A DNA stretch of 64,000 bases, taken from a virus (taxonomy: Duplodnaviria > Caudoviricetes). Of the stretch, positions 28,948 through 37,760 are shown one piece after another. The stretch spans positions 128,001 through 192,000 of the IMG/VR virus record IMGVR_UViG_3300031992_000012. One strand, given 5' to 3'. Under the pieces are notes generated by a model. It made no database searches. It was not told the DNA's origin and saw nothing but the letters and a program-made list of their open reading frames with translations. The translations under genes and the position numbers were made by a program. How positions within the stretch are numbered: position 1 is the first letter of the stretch; each line of letters begins with the position of its first letter.

Positions 28948-29117
28948 GCGTTTTGGACCATGTCCGGGAACTCCGGACGACTCGTAAAAGGAGAAAGGAA
29001 TCTAGTTACCTTGACGCGGCCGTAGCAGCGCGCACAGACCAGCATCCACTTCGGTAGCTGCTAGGTCTGATGTCGCGCTGCTACGGCCGCGTCCTCGTTT
29101 CAACAAAAGGAAAACGC
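28948..29117 (+). ncRNA. retron msr-msd-like unit 9
   Basis: GCGTTTT/AAAACGC, G28955, TGTCCGGG-AAC-TCCGGACG, perfect 20-bp stem 29013-29032/29074-29093, AAAGG. Confidence 0.8.
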
Positions 29118-29134
29118 AATCAAATTTCCCGAAG

Positions 29135-29319
29135 GACATTCGGACACCGGCCGGGAATCCTGGCCGTCTCTGAAAGGGACAGAGAATAATGGAATCTTAA
29201 ACCAGGTGCACCCATGCTCCAGCTACGGGATGGCGCCACACGCCGTACGCGTCGTGCCGGCGCCATCCCACGCTTACGCGGGTACACCGATGGTTTACCA
29301 TTCCCATAAAAGGAATGTC
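29135..29319 (+). ncRNA. retron msr-msd-like unit 10
   Basis: GACATTC/GAATGTC, G29142, CGGCCGGG-AAT-CCTGGCCG, stem GGGATGGCGCC/GGCGCCATCCC, AAAG. Confidence 0.8.
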
Positions 29320-29330
29320 AACGTCACCAT

Positions 29331-29526
29331 AAAGCATTCGACTAAGGGCGAGGTACCCTCGCCGTGTTCCATTTGGAACAGGGAATTCACGGGACTCGCG
29401 CAGCCCAGCGCTGTGCGTGCCCTATGACGACTAATTCCCTGGCAGAAATATGAATGCCAGGCAATTCGTCAGCCACAGTGCCCGCACAGCGCTGGGCTGC
29501 TCTCGTCACCACAAAGGGAATGCTTT
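29331..29526 (+). ncRNA. retron msr-msd-like unit 11
   Basis: AAAGCATTC/GAATGCTTT, G29340, GGCGAGG-TAC-CCTCGCC, 18-bp stem GCAGCCCAGCGCTGTGCG/CGCACAGCGCTGGGCTGC, AAAGG. Confidence 0.8.
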
Positions 29527-29569
29527 CCGCACGGCCGCCAGAACGGGTTTTCAACCATACAGGTATGAA

Positions 29570-30133
29570 ATGAAGATTCTAGCAATGGACCCCGCCCTGC
29601 GGCACACCGGCATAGTCCTCTTCGAAGACGGAAACCCTGTCTATGCAGACGTCCTCACCACCAAGCCGAACAAGCAGAAGTGGATGACGGTCGCCGAAAA
29701 AGACCAGGGTGACATGTCAGACTGGGCAAGGACGATTCGCCGGATAATCAGGGAGAAGCAACCGGACATCATCTGCTGTGAGCAGAGTCTGGGTGGTGGC
29801 CAGAGCGCGAGCTCCGTCAAGGCTCTCGCTCTGGTCAACGGCGCGATGTATGCGATGTCGACGGAAGACGCGATGCCACCGTGGATTTTCACGAGAGTGC
29901 ACGATGCCAAGAAAGCCGTCACGGGGAAGACAACCGCTTCGAAAAACGAAATGATCGAAGGCGCTGTCAAGATGTTCCCCTCAATTCGCAAACGTCTCGT
30001 GTCGGTCAAATCGGCCGACGGATGGACAGGCGACGCAGAGCATATAGCCGATGCGTGCGCGTCCTATCTTGTCTGTGTGAACTCCCCCGCAGTCAGAGTA
30101 TTGCTGAATCCGAAAGGAAGATGCAAAGAATAA
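29570..30133 (+). CDS. ruvC: RuvC-like Holliday junction resolvase
   Basis: MKILAMDPALRHTG, IICCEQ, KKAVTGKTTASKNEM, HIADA. Confidence 0.9.
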   Translation: MKILAMDPALRHTGIVLFEDGNPVYADVLTTKPNKQKWMTVAEKDQGDMSDWARTIRRIIREKQPDIICCEQSLGGGQSASSVKALALVNGAMYAMSTEDAMPPWIFTRVHDAKKAVTGKTTASKNEMIEGAVKMFPSIRKRLVSVKSADGWTGDAEHIADACASYLVCVNSPAVRVLLNPKGRCKE

Positions 30134-30645
30134 TTGGCTGCACTCATTTTGACGATGAGAACATGGCCTCTATCAGGGGGTTCGCCTCCGTGTCCGAAAT
30201 GGACAGCATGATGGAGGCCATGTGGAACTCGGCCGTATCTGAAGATGACTTGATCTACGTGCTTGGCGACTTTGCGGTACGTAGGCCGGCATACTGGAAT
30301 GAACGGCTGAAGGGAAGGAAAATCCTGATACTCGGAAACCATGACGGTTTCATGGCGAAGGAGGCGGGATTTATTTCGGTACAGGAAACACTGATGGTCA
30401 ACGTAAGGCTTCAACGCGACACCCAGGCATGCTTCCTGTCGCACTACCCGTTTCTAAGCTGGCCGGAGCGAGGGAACGGAAGTGTGCATCTGCATGCCCA
30501 CTGCCACGGAAGACAGCCCGCGTCGCTGCCCGGAATGCCGGGGCCTGCACGTTTGGACATGAGCGCCGAACTGTGGAGGTTCCAGCCTGTGCCACTCGAA
30601 CAAGCAATCAACAAAGCAAAAGAAAAGGAAGAAAAACATGGCTAA
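30121..30645 (+). CDS. calcineurin-like metallophosphoesterase
   Basis: YVLGDF, ILGNHD, LSHYP, HLHAHCH; the first DxH appears as CTH. Confidence 0.85.
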   Translation: MQRIIGCTHFDDENMASIRGFASVSEMDSMMEAMWNSAVSEDDLIYVLGDFAVRRPAYWNERLKGRKILILGNHDGFMAKEAGFISVQETLMVNVRLQRDTQACFLSHYPFLSWPERGNGSVHLHAHCHGRQPASLPGMPGPARLDMSAELWRFQPVPLEQAINKAKEKEEKHG

Positions 30646-30877
30646 CAATATCACGATTTGTGTCCGCGTTAACAACGACGATGTGTACCTCACCTCCGGC
30701 GACGTCCACCACAGCTTCACCGCCGGCGAACTCCGCCGCGCCGCCGCCGCGTACGGCATCTCCATCAACGACGCCAAGCTGATTCGCAATGGCCAGACCA
30801 TCTCCGACGGCGAAATCGTCAACGACGGCGATGTCATCCGCACGCATTTCGGCAAGGGTGAGGACGGCCTCCGCTAA
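30638..30877 (+). CDS. ubiquitin-like (beta-grasp) protein
   Basis: 79 aa, RNGQTISDGEIVNDGDVI, C-terminal KGEDG-LR; heads an E2/JAB/E1 cassette. Confidence 0.75.
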   Translation: MANNITICVRVNNDDVYLTSGDVHHSFTAGELRRAAAAYGISINDAKLIRNGQTISDGEIVNDGDVIRTHFGKGEDGLR

Positions 30878-30901
30878 TCCGCTGGCCTGACTAATCCCAT
30901 C

Positions 30902-30952
30902 GGGCCGGTGCAGCAATATCCAAGCTGCACCGGCCCGTTTCCTTATTTTTTT
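30902..30952 (+). terminator. hairpin/terminator after the Ubl gene
   Basis: 13-bp stem GGGCCGGTGCAGC/GCTGCACCGGCCC followed by a T-rich tract. Confidence 0.65.
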
Positions 30953-30972
30953 ATTAGCAATCAGGAGAACCG

Positions 30973-31752
30973 ATGAACAAAGAGCTGGAACCAGAATTGC
31001 TTATCGTGGGGAACACCATTCACAAAGTGAGAAGAACCATTGAAGAATCCGCGTCGTTCGACGACCTGGTTGCGCAGGTTCGTGTCGAGCGCGGCGACAA
31101 CCTCACGATGACACCTCCTCTCCCCGCCGCCGACGGCGCCTGCCGAATCTACGCCGAGCGCGGCAAGTATCGCGGGATGCTCATACAGAACAACCCGTGC
31201 GTGCGCAAGATCAATTATCACGACATCACCGACGACAGGCAGCCCGAGAAGACCTTCGAGGTATCTCTGCCATGGGTATGGGTGATGTGCGTATTCCAGG
31301 AAACGAACAAGAACAAGTTCGAGTGGATCAACTGCTACTTGTGCGCGACCTACCAGAACATCGTACAGAACGACCTGTCCGAGCCTGTCTTCCGCGTCCC
31401 TCTCCCGAATCAATGGGGAGCGGGACAGGGAAAGATGTGCACGGGCAGCGCTTTCCGTGGCATGGACACGTCCATGGCCCTCACGGCTGGACGCTGGATT
31501 ACCTGTCTCTGGGACTCGACCTTCAACGGCGACCTGGAGCCAAGCGTCCCCTCATCCCTCAGCTCCGCCTGGCGCGCGCCCCGTGGCGATGTCCATCGAA
31601 CCGTCCGCATCATGTCCATGCTCCGCAAGTGGGAGGAGATGACCAAGGAGAACAAGGTCTGCTCCCTCAGCCGTGAATTCGGCCTTCAGGAATACGGATG
31701 CAACATCGGCGGATTCATACAGCACGCGTTCTCAGGTCGTGACCACCTGTAA
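30973..31752 (+). CDS. prokaryotic E2-like protein (family D / PRTRC protein B-like)
   Basis: VSLPW, FRVPLPNQW...KMCTG (putative catalytic Cys), WDSTFNGDL. Confidence 0.75.
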   Translation: MNKELEPELLIVGNTIHKVRRTIEESASFDDLVAQVRVERGDNLTMTPPLPAADGACRIYAERGKYRGMLIQNNPCVRKINYHDITDDRQPEKTFEVSLPWVWVMCVFQETNKNKFEWINCYLCATYQNIVQNDLSEPVFRVPLPNQWGAGQGKMCTGSAFRGMDTSMALTAGRWITCLWDSTFNGDLEPSVPSSLSSAWRAPRGDVHRTVRIMSMLRKWEEMTKENKVCSLSREFGLQEYGCNIGGFIQHAFSGRDHL

Positions 31753-31761
31753 GGAGGAGTC

Positions 31762-32091
31762 ATGAACCAGGAATACGTGAAAATCGAAACCGAGAAGGAG
31801 CTAAAGCAGAGCTTCTTCGAAGCGTTCCAGCGTGCCCGCAGGACACCAGTACCAAACCACCCGTTTGTTGTGGTAGCCGAGATTTTCCGGCAGCGCAACA
31901 TTCCGACCGAATGGATGACAGACGGTCAGCTTATCCAGGACGACGTCAAACGTCTCCTGATGAGACTTGAGATGAACGGGCTTCCTGTGGCCACCTCATA
32001 CCGGCCGCTTGTCGGAAGCCCGTTCGCCAAATTGTTTCGTCCAGCAAATCTGCCGTCCGAAGGTGACGACGGCGACGACCAGTTGATTTAA
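31762..32091 (+). CDS. hypothetical protein in the Ub-like cassette
   Basis: AGGAGG RBS; 109 aa. Confidence 0.65.
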   Translation: MNQEYVKIETEKELKQSFFEAFQRARRTPVPNHPFVVVAEIFRQRNIPTEWMTDGQLIQDDVKRLLMRLEMNGLPVATSYRPLVGSPFAKLFRPANLPSEGDDGDDQLI

Positions 32092-32104
32092 ATGGAGAAC
32101 CAGC

Positions 32105-33916
32105 ATGAAGAGAATCGAAGAAATTACCGGACTCACCGGTATGCCTGTGTATCTCAACGAGGCGCCCGCAGAAGGCGAGCAGCCCGCAGCACCCACAGAC
32201 AGCAATTGTTTCATTATTTGTTCGGATGGCGTTTATCGTTACGTACGGAATGACTATATGACAAGCACAATCAAACTCGAAGGTGGCATCCCGAGCGGTG
32301 CCGTGGCGAAAGGCGGCGAAACGATTTTCTGGACGGGCCCGAAACTGTCGGTCGAAGACTTCCACTTCGTCCGCAAGATTTTCGTCGGCGTGTACGACAA
32401 AATCAAGGCCGAATGCGATGTCCAGCTCGAGTGGTCGCCCTCGCTTGGCAAGTTCATCATCCGCCTACCGCACCAGACCGTTTCCGGCGCGTCCGTCCAC
32501 TGGGAGACAGCCGACGACGACCCGTGCTGGATTGACCGCAAGCTCTGCCAGGCAAAGGACCTTCCCGAGGACGCGTTCCACATGGGGCGCATCCATTCCC
32601 ACAACGTCATGAACGCGTTCTGGTCAGGTGTCGACACCGGCGACCAGGAACGCCAGGAATGGGGCATTCAGATTGTCATGGGCCATATCACCACGGACTG
32701 CGAGTACAAATGCCGTATCTGCAACTGCGGCCGCTATATCGACGTTGAACTGGAGGACGTCGTCGATTTCCCTCCGGTGGAGCGACTCGAAATCCCGGAT
32801 GGCATTATCAAGCAGGCTGCTGCGACGACATTCTACAACGGTTCGACCTGGGGAAGCTCATATTATCAAAAGGGTTCGGGATACTATCAAGGAAGCAACT
32901 ACGGCGGCTCGAGCGCAGGCAGCGAAAACTTCAAAGGCAAGCACTGGAACGGGAAAGAGTGGGTGTACGACAAACCCGCAACTACGGGTACGGCGACAAC
33001 GCCTACGACGACTGGGGCCGCCCAGCCGACCGGGGAGGCCGCCGCAAACGGCGGTAGCTTTCCGGGAGCCGACGACGAAGCCGACTACGCGGGAGTTGAG
33101 GAAGATTACTATCGGCATGGAGGGTCAGACCGCCCTTTTGCCCGTGACGGCCGCGCAACCGGTGAAGCGGATAAAACCGTCAAGACAGCCGGACAACGCA
33201 GAAGAGGGCGCCCTCGGAAAAACGCTGACAGCGCTTCTACGGGGAGTGGAGTGGCTCCTGCTGGGGCAGTGACGGAACGGGACATCGCCCCGATTCTGTA
33301 TCTGACCTCGCAGGTTGTCATTCCTCCGTGCATTGACCGTTACAGTCCAGAATACCTGAGAAACCTGCTGAAGAACGAGCCGAGCCAACTGGCCGTCGAA
33401 GTGTGCCGCCACTCGCTTGGTGACGATGAACTCAAACGGTTCATGACGTTTTACACGTTCTACAAGGCCGTAGGTTTCCCGGACGACCAGATCAAGGGAA
33501 TCGTCATCCCTCCTGATTGGATGAAGAAACTGGAGCCGTGGATTATCCACGGACAGGACCCCCGCAACTGCATCGACGAGGAGGGAATGCGAATCCTGCT
33601 CCAGGACGTCGGTGTGAATTTCGACGCTTTCCTGAACAGTTTTTCGGTCCGGTATCCCGTCCTCTCGACCACATTCAAAAAGGAGTTCTACTCCAAGCGC
33701 AAGGTCTCGATGGCGGACGTCTACAAGGACTTCGTCTGGGACCCCGAGACAGACCACTCAACAACGGGAATCAACTCGGCCGTCGACGCGCTTTGCCAGC
33801 TTGCGAAGACGACCGAGGAAAGCTTGATTCCGTTGCCGGCCTATCTCCTGACACAATTTTTCAAGTCACCTGAAGCCAAACGCGATTGGCTTCTTCATTC
33901 GTTGTTGATGTACTAA
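32105..33916 (+). CDS. JAB/MPN+ peptidase with long C-terminal extension
   Basis: AECD, PHQTVSGASV, JAMM motif GRIHSHNVMNAFWSGVD. Confidence 0.85.
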   Translation: MKRIEEITGLTGMPVYLNEAPAEGEQPAAPTDSNCFIICSDGVYRYVRNDYMTSTIKLEGGIPSGAVAKGGETIFWTGPKLSVEDFHFVRKIFVGVYDKIKAECDVQLEWSPSLGKFIIRLPHQTVSGASVHWETADDDPCWIDRKLCQAKDLPEDAFHMGRIHSHNVMNAFWSGVDTGDQERQEWGIQIVMGHITTDCEYKCRICNCGRYIDVELEDVVDFPPVERLEIPDGIIKQAAATTFYNGSTWGSSYYQKGSGYYQGSNYGGSSAGSENFKGKHWNGKEWVYDKPATTGTATTPTTTGAAQPTGEAAANGGSFPGADDEADYAGVEEDYYRHGGSDRPFARDGRATGEADKTVKTAGQRRRGRPRKNADSASTGSGVAPAGAVTERDIAPILYLTSQVVIPPCIDRYSPEYLRNLLKNEPSQLAVEVCRHSLGDDELKRFMTFYTFYKAVGFPDDQIKGIVIPPDWMKKLEPWIIHGQDPRNCIDEEGMRILLQDVGVNFDAFLNSFSVRYPVLSTTFKKEFYSKRKVSMADVYKDFVWDPETDHSTTGINSAVDALCQLAKTTEESLIPLPAYLLTQFFKSPEAKRDWLLHSLLMY

Positions 33917-33936
33917 CCGGAGATCGAGACCAGTCA

Positions 33937-35508
33937 ATGAAAGAAATTAACATCATCATCGTGGGTCTGGGTGGCATCGGAAACATCGTGGCCGACGCCC
34001 TGTATCCATTTCTTCGCGGAACTGTCCGCGACGCACGTCTGAGACGCCTTGTCTTCATCGACAAGGACGTCTACGAAGTGTCCAACGTACCTCGCCAGAA
34101 GGCGGCCGCCTCCATGCTCGGCATGAACAAGGCGGCCGCCTGGGAGCACATCTACTCCCGGAGCAAGTACAACAATGTCCAGGCGACATTCTCCTCAATC
34201 CGTGAATGGATTACGCCGGCGACCGTGTCTACGTGTTTCGACGAAACCGTCGACAACGGCCCGACCATCATCATGAGCTGCGTGGACAACCACCCCGCAC
34301 GCCTTCTCATGTCACGGTACTTGCAGCAGCGCGTCGAGACGCACAACGACCTGGTGCTCATCCAGGGCGGCTGTTCGCGCAACCGCGCAACCACCGACAT
34401 CTTCGGCAAATGGAACGGAACGATGGTCGGCACCCCAATCGAGGTCAACCATCCTGAAGTCCTTGAAGCCAAGAACGGCGACCGCAACGGAATCTCCTGC
34501 GAGGAACTGGCGAACTCCTCGTCAGGCGACCAGACCTACGTCGAAAACTTCATGGCCGGGACCATGATGATGAACCTCATGTTCACCCTTCTGACGTCCC
34601 CGGCCGCTCTTACGAGCTTCATTGAAGAATTCTACGACATCGAGACGCACTACTACCTATGCGACAAGCGCCGCCCGGCCCCTCCTCCGGGAATGCGCCG
34701 CCAAGGCGCCACCCCTGCGGCTGTGTCCGTCGACGGCGAAGCCCCTTCCGGGGGCGCACCTGCGCCGGCAACCACGCCGGAGTTCGAACACGCCGTGTCG
34801 GTGGCGCGTGACAACCACGCCGCGATGCCTTTGCTGGCCTCGCTGGTTGTCGTGACGTCCGGCAACGGCAAGTCCGGCAACATAGCGGGCATCGCCGAAG
34901 CAAACGACGTCGGGGCGTTCCTGATGGACCTCCGTCGCCGCCGTCTTGAGCAGACCGTCATCAGCCGTACACTCAATGCGTACGCCAAGGACGGTGTCGC
35001 CCTGATGAAGGCGTGCGTCGACGTGGCCGCAGTCGTTCCGGACATGCCCGGGCGTACGACGCGTGAGAAGCTCCTTGCGCTGGCCTCGGCCGCGCAGGGT
35101 TCCGACAAGGCGTCTGAAACGGCCCGCGACATGTGCCTGGCCGAGGCGCTGTGCGACGAAGACTTCAACAAGGCCCGCGACGTCTACGCCGCATATGCGA
35201 CCGACGGTGATTTCAACTGGAGCCTGGTTCTAGGCGACAAGACCGACGACGCCCTGGCGTTCGAAGTCAAGCCGAAGGAAGGTCCGGCCGCTACGCCGCC
35301 GGACGAAGAATCGGCGCCGCCCGCCGCCGAAGGCGAAGAGCACATCCCGATGCCGGGTGACTTCGGCGAAGACGAGGATGTCCCGTTCATCCCCGACGAA
35401 GAGTGTGAAGCAATGTCAGACGAGGCGCTGGCCAACTATGTTGTCGCCGTCGCCCGTCAAGCAAGAAGGAAAAGACAACAGGCACGTGCCGCACAACCAA
35501 CAGCCTAA
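33937..35508 (+). CDS. ThiF/E1-like activating enzyme with C-terminal extension
   Basis: IVGLGGIG, IDKDVYEVSNVPRQ, NKA, SCVDNHPAR, catalytic ISCEE. Confidence 0.88.
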   Translation: MKEINIIIVGLGGIGNIVADALYPFLRGTVRDARLRRLVFIDKDVYEVSNVPRQKAAASMLGMNKAAAWEHIYSRSKYNNVQATFSSIREWITPATVSTCFDETVDNGPTIIMSCVDNHPARLLMSRYLQQRVETHNDLVLIQGGCSRNRATTDIFGKWNGTMVGTPIEVNHPEVLEAKNGDRNGISCEELANSSSGDQTYVENFMAGTMMMNLMFTLLTSPAALTSFIEEFYDIETHYYLCDKRRPAPPPGMRRQGATPAAVSVDGEAPSGGAPAPATTPEFEHAVSVARDNHAAMPLLASLVVVTSGNGKSGNIAGIAEANDVGAFLMDLRRRRLEQTVISRTLNAYAKDGVALMKACVDVAAVVPDMPGRTTREKLLALASAAQGSDKASETARDMCLAEALCDEDFNKARDVYAAYATDGDFNWSLVLGDKTDDALAFEVKPKEGPAATPPDEESAPPAAEGEEHIPMPGDFGEDEDVPFIPDEECEAMSDEALANYVVAVARQARRKRQQARAAQPTA

Positions 35509-36405
35509 TTGATGTCAACCAGACAGTATACAGAAACTACATACATATCCCGTACTGATTGGCCCGCCCGTGCGTGCAAAATCAAAGAGGATGTGTTTCT
35601 TCATGCGAAACGCCTGGCGCTGACGGCCGGTTCGGCCACAGCGCTGGCGTATCTGCGCATGAAGGGCCTGCCGGACACTACGGACACCGACGATGAATTC
35701 TTGATGCGCCTGGCGCAGTCATGCAATCGCGACGACCTGAAGATGTCCAAGTGCGCCCACTGTGCTTTCCGTAAGAAGTGCTGCGGAACGCCGGTGGGCT
35801 GCCGGTCGGCCATCGACGACAGAACTCCCATATGGAAGGTTGCGTTCACTTTCTACGCCGCCCCCGGGAGATTGAGCAGGGATTGGAAATGGATGACCTG
35901 CTACGACAGAGGATGGGCCAAATATTGCGACGGGGAGATCAGGCAGGTCTCCCTGTCCGATATGGATTTGTTCCCGGTTTGCTCCACCTTGATGTCCGAT
36001 GTCTTTATCAACTACGACGGAATCCATATCACACGCGTCAGCCCCGGCTCGCTTGACCTGGTCAGGTGCGGGGTGCTTCCGCTGAAAGGCGAAACGTATG
36101 ATGGGTACCTGGCCCGTATCGAGGAGATAAGGCAGACAATTGCGTCAAAGGACAGAAAGAAGGAGGATACCGGGAGGCCCGTCGAAGAAAGGCTTCACGC
36201 GATTTTCGTCGGAATCGGACAAGGGGACGCCCTGACCTCGCTATACGGCAACGACGCCGTGGCGATGGCCAGGGACTACTTCCCGGGAATGAAGCCGGAG
36301 GAAATAGCGAACCAATACCGTGTATCCACAGTAAAGGTGAGTGAAGAAGACGTAAGGAAGGCGGCGATAGAACAGCGCAAGGCCGCCGGGGGAGGCGGTA
36401 AATGA
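35509..36405 (+). CDS. Cys-rich hypothetical protein coupled to the RT
   Basis: CAHCAFRKKCCGTPVGC cluster; its stop overlaps the RT start (ATGA). Confidence 0.65.
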   Translation: MMSTRQYTETTYISRTDWPARACKIKEDVFLHAKRLALTAGSATALAYLRMKGLPDTTDTDDEFLMRLAQSCNRDDLKMSKCAHCAFRKKCCGTPVGCRSAIDDRTPIWKVAFTFYAAPGRLSRDWKWMTCYDRGWAKYCDGEIRQVSLSDMDLFPVCSTLMSDVFINYDGIHITRVSPGSLDLVRCGVLPLKGETYDGYLARIEEIRQTIASKDRKKEDTGRPVEERLHAIFVGIGQGDALTSLYGNDAVAMARDYFPGMKPEEIANQYRVSTVKVSEEDVRKAAIEQRKAAGGGGK

Positions 36406-37760
36406 GTTATTCCGTCAGAACAATAGATGTCCGTACCACGGCTTCGCATGTGGTCCGTTCCCTGTACGCTCCGAAAGGCAGCGGGAATACAAGGACGCGT
36501 CTGGCATACACCGATCTAGGCTACATGAGGAACGGCGGGGTATACGAATGTCTCTGCAAGGTAGGTGACAAGTACAAGCCGGATGCCCCGTGGGCCACAG
36601 AAAGGACGATCATTACGCTTGACATGGTCTCCTCCATCACAATCGCGTTCCTCAAGGAATGCACGATACCGGGAATGACAGACAGGTATCTGTCGAGCAT
36701 AGTGAACGAGTCCCTGCATTCTCCTGAAAAGATGCACCGCCACTACGCCGTGTTCGAGATTCCGAAGAAGTCAGGCGGAACCCGTGTAATCGAAGCCCCG
36801 GACGACAAACTGAAGACGCTGCAAAGGGCGATACTCCATAACGCGTGGTATTCGCTCGGCGGCCTCCGCACATGCGTCCAGGGATTCGTTCCGGGTCGCG
36901 GAACCAAGACAAACGCGGAAATGCACTTCAACCCTGCCTTCGCAAGAAAGCAGTTCCTGTTGAAGAGCGACTTCCGCGACTTCTTCCCGTCAGTAACGTC
37001 AATCAACTTCTACGACAAGCTGATTACACTGACGAACCAGCGCCGGGTGCGCGGCACCTTCTTCAAGGTTCCCCCGAAGATGATTGCGGCGCTGAAGCGC
37101 AACAACGAGCTGTTCCCGACTGTACGTCCGTACATCGACAATATGCCGAATGACGGAATTTGGGCGAAGGACATGGCGGACACGGAAACCTCGCGGGAAG
37201 AGAGAAAAATAGCCGAAGGGCTGTTCATACTTCTTCTGTGGGGGCTGATTTCACTGTGTTCGATGGACGGACGGATGCCCCAGGGCAGCCCGTGCAGTCC
37301 AGCCATGACCAATCTATACCTGGACGCTTTCCATACCTCGGCGATGTGCTGCGCCAGGATGGTCAGCGAGAGAAACGACGACAACGTCGTGTATACAATC
37401 TTCGCCGACGACATGTGCGTTACCGCCAACAAGATCGACAGCGTGCTGCAGATGCAGGGAATGCTTCGCGGGCTCGTCCGTGGCTATCCAGACATCAGCA
37501 TGAACGAGGCGAAGACAGGTATATTCAAATGCGGTCAGCCACAGAAGGTGACAGGCGTCTGCATAACAGACCGCATCTCCATATCCCGCCAGACGAGGGA
37601 CGTGGTCAGGGCCGAGCTTCATAATGCCGCGACAGGCAGGAAGACGCTCGACGAGAAAGACAAGATGCGTCTCAAGGGCATGCGGGCGCATATAATCGGA
37701 ATAGACCCTGAAGGCTGGAACAAACGCTGCGAGCCGCTGTTCCGACAGGTGTTCGGATGA
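36402..37760 (+). CDS. retron-type reverse transcriptase
   Basis: IPKKSGGTRVIEAP, LKTLQR, region X NAEMH, DFRDFFPS, PQGSPCSP, FADD, region Y QKVTG. Confidence 0.92.
   Translation: MSYSVRTIDVRTTASHVVRSLYAPKGSGNTRTRLAYTDLGYMRNGGVYECLCKVGDKYKPDAPWATERTIITLDMVSSITIAFLKECTIPGMTDRYLSSIVNESLHSPEKMHRHYAVFEIPKKSGGTRVIEAPDDKLKTLQRAILHNAWYSLGGLRTCVQGFVPGRGTKTNAEMHFNPAFARKQFLLKSDFRDFFPSVTSINFYDKLITLTNQRRVRGTFFKVPPKMIAALKRNNELFPTVRPYIDNMPNDGIWAKDMADTETSREERKIAEGLFILLLWGLISLCSMDGRMPQGSPCSPAMTNLYLDAFHTSAMCCARMVSERNDDNVVYTIFADDMCVTANKIDSVLQMQGMLRGLVRGYPDISMNEAKTGIFKCGQPQKVTGVCITDRISISRQTRDVVRAELHNAATGRKTLDEKDKMRLKGMRAHIIGIDPEGWNKRCEPLFRQVFG

Noticed and set aside
25719-29427. Short ORF-track calls over the RNA island
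   Set aside because: They overlap tRNAs and long hairpins, lack RBSs and do not look like proteins. Only the two micro-ORFs at 27828-28089 were kept.
25500-29500. tmRNA, RNase P or a run of terminators
   Set aside because: No tmRNA ends or RNase P core motifs were recognised. The hairpins lack U-tails and follow an ordered repeating grammar.
25658-29526. CRISPR array interpretation of the periodic units
   Set aside because: There are no near-identical direct repeats, the period (~110-200 nt) is too long, and no cas genes are in the window. Conservation is structural.
36402-37760. DGR or group II intron RT
   Set aside because: It has retron NAxxH/VTG motifs and PQGS rather than the DGR signature. 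I saw no TR/VR pair or Avd, and there is no flanking intron RNA because the gene overlaps both neighbours.
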